Source: an uncultured bacterium
Lineage (GTDB): Bacteria > Patescibacteriota > Minisyncoccia > Phycocordibacterales > DATDWN01
DNA: 64,000 nucleotides
Direction of reading: 5' to 3'
Assembly (NCBI GenBank): GCA_963727715.1
Contig: CAVSGX010000003.1
Span: forward strand, 157-64,156
Every line of letters starts with the position of its first letter. Position 1 is the stretch's first letter. The notes under the pieces are model-generated. The model had not been told where the DNA came from and did not search any database. It was given only the letters and a program-made list of their open reading frames with translations. Below are positions 57,728 through 64,000 of the stretch, piece by piece. A program made the position numbers and the translations under genes.

Positions 57728-58990
57728 TTATAAATTCGCCAATGGGTCGATCATTGTTGTCTGGATTGAGGAGGCGCGAGCCATGACTTGGTTGCCGTAA
57801 AAAGCATTGGCCGCGCGTCTCCAATTGGCGCCGGCGTAATATTTCAAAGCGGCGTTTCTTTCGGCTGTATATCCTCCGCCGGAAGCACCGAGCTCGGAAA
57901 GGTAGATGGCCGAGGCCATAAACGCGTCTTCCGGATTCCACGGGCTGACTGTACTGCGACCGACCGCCGCTTCGATTTTTGGTTCGTAAAGTTCCCATGT
58001 AGTCGGAATAAACTGGGCAGGTCCCATCGCTCCGCCCCAACCGGTACCGCCAATCGGGCAAGACAATGGCATTGTGTCAGGGTTTAGTCCCAAAGCCGAA
58101 GTGATACGCAGGTAAGCGCTCTGGTCGTCGCGACTGGAGCCACTGTTCGGACCGGGCATAATATTTTTCCAACTTTTGCTCGGCGGATCACCCGACCGGT
58201 TGCAAGTGCCGACATTTTTGCCGAGATTGCTCTCCTGGGTCAAGATGGCCAAAAGAAAAGCGGGGTCAACACCTGTTTTGGTTTGAGCTTCCTGCGCAAA
58301 TTTCAAAGCGTCGCCGAAAGGAATGGCTGCCGTGTCGCGCAAAGAGAAAAGAGCCGCACGAATCTTGGCCGCCGCCGCTTCTCTTTCATTCAAAACTTGC
58401 TGGTAAGTTTTTTCCTGTTTTTTGTTTATAGTTATCAGATACTCCTTTTGTTTTTCTTCGCTTTGAACCTGCTGTTGTTGAAGTTGCATGGCCATTTTAG
58501 TGTCCGTTTCCTTATCTTTCTGCGTGCTTAAATCAGCTTTGGCTTGTTCAACCAATGTTTCGTTAGCCAAAATTTTAGCGAACAAATCGGCCAGAGATTT
58601 TTTAATCATATAAAAATAATCAATATCGGAAAAAAAGTCAGATAAGTTTTGACCACTTAAAAAAACTTCCGGCAAAGAGGTATCGTCCAACTGCTGTTCC
58701 TGGCGCAAAATCTGGGCCAGCGATTCGTGCCCGCTTTCTATTTGGTTTTCCAGGTCACCAATAACCTGGTTTTTTTGGTCAATGCTGGACTGCAGTTGCT
58801 GGATAGCGATGTTTTTTTGTTTGATAAAATCTTGAGCTTGTTTTATTTTGGCATTCAAAATGGAGGCGTCGCGCTGGAGAGAAGCTGTGCCGGCTTTGGT
58901 TGTGTCCAAAATGCTCTGCCACTTGGCTATGTCGGCTTCTGTTTGAACTAGCTCGGCCTGCCACTCGGCTTCCTGCTCGGCCGGAGTCAA
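57728..58990 (-). CDS. Lytic murein transglycosylase (MltB/SLT_2-like) with long N-terminal coiled coil
   Basis: C-terminal domain AILTQESNLG..GGAMGPAQFIPTTW..ASAIYLSELG matches the MltB family (GPMQFMP.TW); N-terminal 200 aa is Q/E/K-rich coiled coil. Confidence 0.75.
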   Translation of the reverse strand: MTPAEQEAEWQAELVQTEADIAKWQSILDTTKAGTASLQRDASILNAKIKQAQDFIKQKNIAIQQLQSSIDQKNQVIGDLENQIESGHESLAQILRQEQQLDDTSLPEVFLSGQNLSDFFSDIDYFYMIKKSLADLFAKILANETLVEQAKADLSTQKDKETDTKMAMQLQQQQVQSEEKQKEYLITINKKQEKTYQQVLNEREAAAAKIRAALFSLRDTAAIPFGDALKFAQEAQTKTGVDPAFLLAILTQESNLGKNVGTCNRSGDPPSKSWKNIMPGPNSGSSRDDQSAYLRITSALGLNPDTMPLSCPIGGTGWGGAMGPAQFIPTTWELYEPKIEAAVGRSTVSPWNPEDAFMASAIYLSELGASGGGYTAERNAALKYYAGANWRRAANAFYGNQVMARASSIQTTMIDPLANL

Positions 58991-59252
58991 TTTGGGCGTA
59001 GTTGTGGCTATATCTGTTTGGAGCGCGAAATATGCCCAGGTAAAGAAAAAACAAATGAAATAATCAAAAAAAGAAAAATTGAAATGGATTTTTTCTTAAA
59101 AAAATAAATATTGGTCATACAAAACGGACAAATTTTTAATTAACCTAATTATACTAATTAAACTAAATAAATCCTAATAACTAAAAAATAAACAAAAAAT
59201 ACCCAATTGGACATTGAGTATTATTTAAAAATTAGAATAATTAGAAATTAGG

Positions 59253-59934
59253 TTAATTTTTTTCTGCTGTTTCTTCCTCTTTCTTGCCCTTCTTTTCAAC
59301 TTCAATAGTTGACAAATCGACAGGTTCAGCTGGTGTTGGAACCTCTTCGGCTTTCGGTTCTTCCACGGCGACCACAACTTCTTCCGGTTTTTCAATAAGA
59401 ATTACTCCGTCCGGCAAAAATATGTCAGAAGCCACAATTTGGTCTTCAAAAGTCGCCAATGTGGAGATGTCCACGGAAATAGAATGTGGAATATGTTGCG
59501 GGTCGGCCGAAATTTTCAATTCGCGCAAGACTTTCAGAAGGTTGCCTCCTAAATCTTTGACTGCTGGCGAAACACCGACGAACTCAAGCGGGACATCCAC
59601 CTCTATTTTCTTGCCCTTTTCAAAAGCGTAGAAATCAACATGTTCCGGTTTGTCCGTGGCGGGGTTCCAAGAAATATCGTGAATGAGGACATCAAAACTT
59701 CCGACTATGCCTTTCAAGTTAACCACACCGGACTCGCCCGCTTCCTTCCAAACTTTCAAAAATTCTTTTTCTGAAATGGTGATTGGACGTTGAAGGAGTT
59801 TTCTTGCCATAAACCACCGCCGGCAAAAAACCACTCTTTAGCGAAGCGCGGAGTTCTCCACGGATTTGTCTCGGTTTTTTATTTCCAATGTTGTCATATT
59901 CGGGAATGGTATCAGACTTCACCGAAAAAATCAA
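59253..59934 (-). pseudogene. rplY: 50S ribosomal protein L25/Ctc interrupted by one frameshift near the N-terminus
   Basis: N-terminal motif ELRASLKSGFLPAVVYGKK is in ORF 59719-59934; the rest (LKGIVGSFDVLIHDISWNP..., acidic C-tail) is in ORF 59253-59834. Confidence 0.7.
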
Positions 59935-59937
59935 ATT

Positions 59938-62873
59938 TTATTTCAAAAGTCTGCGATATCCACAATATCTGCAAGCCGGATCGTCACAATATTGCTCAGT
60001 GATTTCCCCACTCCAGATGGCTTTGACCAGCGCGCCAATCTCATCTTTGACTCTCTTCACATCTTCTGCGCCGACAGGCAGGCTGACAATCGGACATCTG
60101 CCTTTGTTGTCCGGAGAAACAAAAACCAGCGAAGTTTGTATTTTCTTTCCGCGCCAATGCGAAGTTTCAAGTAGAATATTGTAAAAAACCAACTGTCTGA
60201 AATAATTTCCGTCATCGTTCCGGGTCTCGCCTTTAATGGCAGCTTCTGACATAGCTTGTTTTGTTTTGTAATCAAAAACCGAAACTTGCGGACCGGTATC
60301 AATAATAGTGTCCAGTTTGCCGTGAAGATTTATACTTATCCTTTCCTTTTCAAACTCGCTATCAAAAGGGACTTCAACCCACCTCTCCGACGAAATGTTT
60401 CCTTTACTTTTCCAATGCGGTAAAAGCGAAGTGGCCACCGCCGGCGCGTTTTTGGAGAGTTCATTCTCAAGCGCTTCTCTGTCGGAGAGTGACAAAAATG
60501 ATTTGTTGACGTATTCTGTCGCGGATTCGGCAATGCACTTTTCAATTTTTTCTGCGCCCAAAGTTTTCTTGTTCAATTGCCAAATTTTTGAAATAGCATA
60601 GTGCATCGCGCTTCCCTTCTCGGCCATAACCGACGGAGCCTGTGGCAGTTTGAGAATGCTTTCGTAGAGAAACTTGCTTGGGCATTCTAAATAGTGGTTG
60701 AGAGCTGTCACGGACAGACCGGTTTCGGTCAAAATTTTTTTGGCTTCGTTTACGAGCAAAATCTGGTGGTCTTTTTTGTCACCACCACTGACAGATTTGA
60801 AAGAAATATTGGTTCTTGGCAAAACTTTTTTGTTTGTCTCCTTTTCCTTGAGCTCGTCTATAAAACGCAAAGGTGTCATTACTTTGCCATCTGGTTCTTC
60901 CAAAGCGTAAAGAATAACGGCGTGTTTTTTTGCCCTGGTGACAGCGACATAGAAAAGTCGACGCATATCTTTGACATTGTAGTCACTGTAATTTTTCTCC
61001 GGCAGGATAAAAGATGACCCGCGCGATCGATTTATCCAAAATTCTTCGTTAGCGTATGGAATAAAAACATAATCAAACTCCAAACCTTTCGAACCGTGAG
61101 CGGTCATAGCTTTTATTTTAAAATCCGGAGCGCCGACGGAGACTTTGACCGGCTTGAGCTCGGCTGATTGCCTGTAGTCAAGCATAAGCTTCATCAGTTC
61201 CATCAGATTTTGAATATCGCCTTCGCGGGCAAGCGACTGAGCTAAAGTGACGATTCCTCTCCAAACATGAACGTAGGAAGGATCGCTGGAAACCAAAGCT
61301 GTAAAGCCAGACTCTTCGGCTACGTGAATAAGGCCAGGCAAAGCTCCGTCATTTTGCATTTGTTTTCTGATGACGATCAGTGCTGGCAGATGCTTCCCCA
61401 ATTCACTGACATCATTTTTTTTAAGCAGACGAATAACCTCCAAAGATTTGTTGAAAGGAAGTCCCCATATTCCGGCAGCCAGAGTTCCGGCCAGAGAGTC
61501 TAGTCTTGAGTGATCGACGAGGTATTGTATGAGATCGAAAAAAGCCACGCCGACAGGATGGTGAAATATATCAATGCTTCGTTCGGATGAGACTTCAATT
61601 TCGTTTGATTCCAAAAGACGCAGAACTCTTTGAGTTCACGATTGCGTCTTGTGACGACGGCCACGCTCGCCTCCGGTTCCGTTTTGGAAATTTCTTTGAG
61701 TTGCTCTACAAGGTATTCGTCCATAGCCGGAGAATTGTCGCTAGCCACTATATCAATCGGTCTTTTTTCCGCGCCACCGGCAGATTTGAGTTTGATTCTT
61801 AAATTTTCATATTCGCCATCACCATAATTATTTTCAATCATACTGAAAGTGGCATCCAGAATTGACTGGTGGGAACGATAGTTTGTATCAAGAGAAATAA
61901 CTTTCATTTTTGGCCAGCGTTTTTGCAGACGCAGAAAATTTTCCACCGAAGCGCCCTGGAAACGATAGATGGCCTGCTTTTCATCACCGACAACAAAAAT
62001 ATTCGGTGTTTCAAAAAATTCGGCCAGAAGCCCCACGATAAAGTTTTGGGCGTCGTTGGTATCTTGATGTTCATCAACCAATATGTAAAGAAATCGTTCT
62101 TGCACCAGACGCAAAAAAATCTCATCATTTTTGAGCGCCACCAGAAGTTCTATAATAAGGTCATCATAGTCACGTAATTTTTCTTCCTTCTTTTTTTCTT
62201 CATACTTTTTATAAATATCAGCCAAAAGGAGAGTTCTTTTAACTTTCTCCAGTTTTTCAAGCACTTCGGCCTTGAGATTGCCCTTGCTCGCGCCCCGTGT
62301 GGAAATATTTGATTCGTCGTTTTCAATATTTTTTTTCTGCGACAAAGCGTATTGGCCGAGCTCTTTTGGCGTCATGGCGTCTCTTTTGGCTTCCGAGATA
62401 GCTCTGATTATGGACGATAGATAGGCGTCCGGCCGACCAAGCGGATGAAGAGAGACAAATGACAGGGCGGTAAGAATGGAGCGAATCATGGATCCCGATC
62501 CACCTCGGTCATTTGTTTCAAATCACTGACTCCGACAAAATGATCTGGATATTCGGAAATCATGGCCGAAGCAAAAGAATGAAAAGTGTGAATGTAAATT
62601 TCATGGGCGCGGTTGCCGATTATTTCTCTCAATTTTTCCCTCATGGCCCTGACGCCGGCATCGGTAAAAGTCAACGCCAAAATTCCGATGGCGGTGTGTC
62701 GGTTTTGAGCAAAATGTTGGCTATGCGCAAGGTCAAAATCGTCGTTTGCCCGTCCCCGGCCCAGCCACCACCATTACCGGACCTTCAATTTCATCCACCG
62801 CGCTTTTTTGCTCGGCGTTCAGTTTTGGTGCGTTCGTCGAATTTTCCTTGTGATTTTTGTCGAATGCCATTTT
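59938..62873 (-). pseudogene. UvrD/PcrA-like superfamily-1 helicase fused to a C-terminal PD-(D/E)xK (RecB/Cas4-like) nuclease with a Cys cluster; interrupted by at least 3 frameshifts
   Basis: Walker A VVAGPGTGK near 62780 (start ATG at about 62873), TFHSF motif in ORF 62486-62680, helicase core in 61500-62489 (DEHQDTN, VGDEKQAIYRFQGA) and 59938-61614; C-terminus with CPSKF...CDDPACRYC typical of RecB-family nuclease Fe-S variants. Confidence 0.7.
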
Positions 62874-63513
62874 ATTTTTTTACACTATTTGTTATTTTGG
62901 TCGTCGTGGAAAGAGACTGAGCGGTTGTGGTAGCTTGACTACTGCTCGCAATATTTAAAACAGGATTGAAACGGTTGTAGTTGTAGTGGAAATATCTGGA
63001 GTTTTATTTGAATTCAAAAAAAGTGAAGCCGACCGATTTCAATTTGGACAACTCGCCACTGATGCCATTTGTGCCTTGCGACAAAATTTGACCCAAAGTT
63101 ACTAAACGGACTCGGCGAACACTTTGCACACGGTCAGTGATATCTTTTTCCTGAGTCAATTTGGAAACACGGAAAAAATCCAGAAAACAAAAATAATTCC
63201 GGCGCACAAAGTCGCCACGCCAGAAGCAATCAATTTTTTGTCCTCTCCGGTTTTCCCCTCAATTTTTCTATGTAGTCGAACATAATTCATTCAAACATAT
63301 TTTTTCTAAGCGATTCTCGGATTTATGTGAAATGTAGAATAATTTTTTCTACGGAACTACCGGACGACCTCTACTGAGGTCGGTTTTGTCAATGACCCGA
63401 GGGACACTAAACGCTCCTTCGTAGAAAAAATTATCAACGATTTCAGCCACAAAATCCTGAGCGAATGCTCGAAAAAATATGTTTTCATTTTAGTTGAAAA
63501 ATGAATCATTAAA

Positions 63514-64000
63514 TTAAACACTGGAAGAAATGACCACCACATCCCCCTCCTTGCCCTCCAAATCTTTTTTCTTGATGGTCAGTTTGTCCACCGCTGTCGC
63601 GCCTTCCTCGCCAGCTTCTTTCAAAAATGTTTTGAGCGCACCGGCTGTGCCAACATCGCCAAAGTGGCTAGGAATAATGAGTTTGGATTCAAATTGCACT
63701 GCCAGCTTGTGCGCTTTGTCTGGTGGCAAAACACCGTCGCCACCTATCGGCACAACCAAAATATCCACACCGTCTATCGCCTCGACAGTTTTTGCCGGCA
63801 GTTTCTCGTCTGACAGAGCGCCGAGAAAACAAAGTGTGATGCCTTCCAAGTTTATTGTGTAAATGGTATTCAAACTTTCGCCACCATTTTTTTCAGCACC
63901 ATAATTCGACTTGCTCAAAAAACCTTTGATGAAAACCCCGCCGATTTCATATTCACCCGGACCATTGACAATGAACGGCTCTTTTTCGGCGCGAGAAACG
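63514..64000 (-). CDS. MBL-fold metal-dependent hydrolase (partial; N-terminus beyond window end)
   Basis: DILVVPIGGDGVLPPDKAHKLAVQFESKLIIPSHFG typical of the Lactamase_B_3 family; ORF stays open to position 64000. Confidence 0.6.
   Translation of the reverse strand, partial: VSRAEKEPFIVNGPGEYEIGGVFIKGFLSKSNYGAEKNGGESLNTIYTINLEGITLCFLGALSDEKLPAKTVEAIDGVDILVVPIGGDGVLPPDKAHKLAVQFESKLIIPSHFGDVGTAGALKTFLKEAGEEGATAVDKLTIKKKDLEGKEGDVVVISSSV

Noticed and set aside
59060-59250. Extremely AT-rich 190-bp spacer with reiterated TAATTA/AATTAG motifs between rplY and the MltB-like gene
   Set aside because: It is probably just a promoter and terminator region for two same-strand genes. No DnaA-box-like 9-mers or ordered repeats were evident
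1-64000. CRISPR arrays and cas genes
   Set aside because: No short direct repeats with unique spacers were seen. The only repeats are the MITE-like palindromic families and the two IS copies

Overview
This 64 kb window is a low-GC (about 40%) bacterial chromosome segment made mostly of compact housekeeping genes: infB-rbfA, gyrA, smc, rseP, frr, leuS, ychF, mrdA-mreD-mreC-mreB, proS, rnc, nusB, yceD-rpmF, rnhB, dnaE, rpsU-ybeY, ftsA-ftsZ, tsf-rpsB, prfA, rpmE, rplY. Many are short versions, RF1 is present and TGA is a normal stop, so the code is standard (table 11) and the style is that of a CPR-like or ultra-small-genome bacterium (inference). Accessory content: (1) a module of an SPFH-like membrane protein, a 4-TM protein with an SLT/lysozyme-like domain whose catalytic Glu is replaced by Gln, six tandem VirB2/TrbC-like pilin paralogs (signal peptide, two TM helices, conserved loop ending in WG) and a membrane-anchored solute-binding-like protein; this is the best candidate for an undescribed surface-appendage system. 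(2) A roughly 760 bp GC-rich island (about 58% GC, G/C at codon third positions) encoding a secreted Cys-rich small protein, driven by a native AT-rich promoter, with an in-frame TGA followed by 67 more protein-like codons. (3) Two near-identical IS30-family copies in inverted orientation about 20 kb apart, one at the 3' edge of a GC-rich RNase P RNA-like region and one inside the mre operon. (4) At least three MITE-like palindromic repeat families (9 or more copies) in intergenic regions. (5) Candidate structured ncRNAs, four or five tRNAs, and many single-nucleotide frameshifts concentrated in leuS, dnaE, rplY and a UvrD-like helicase-nuclease, which are either assembly errors or pseudogenes. 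Coordinates of features I placed by hand (tRNAs, repeats, IS ends, RNA candidates) may be off by a few nt.
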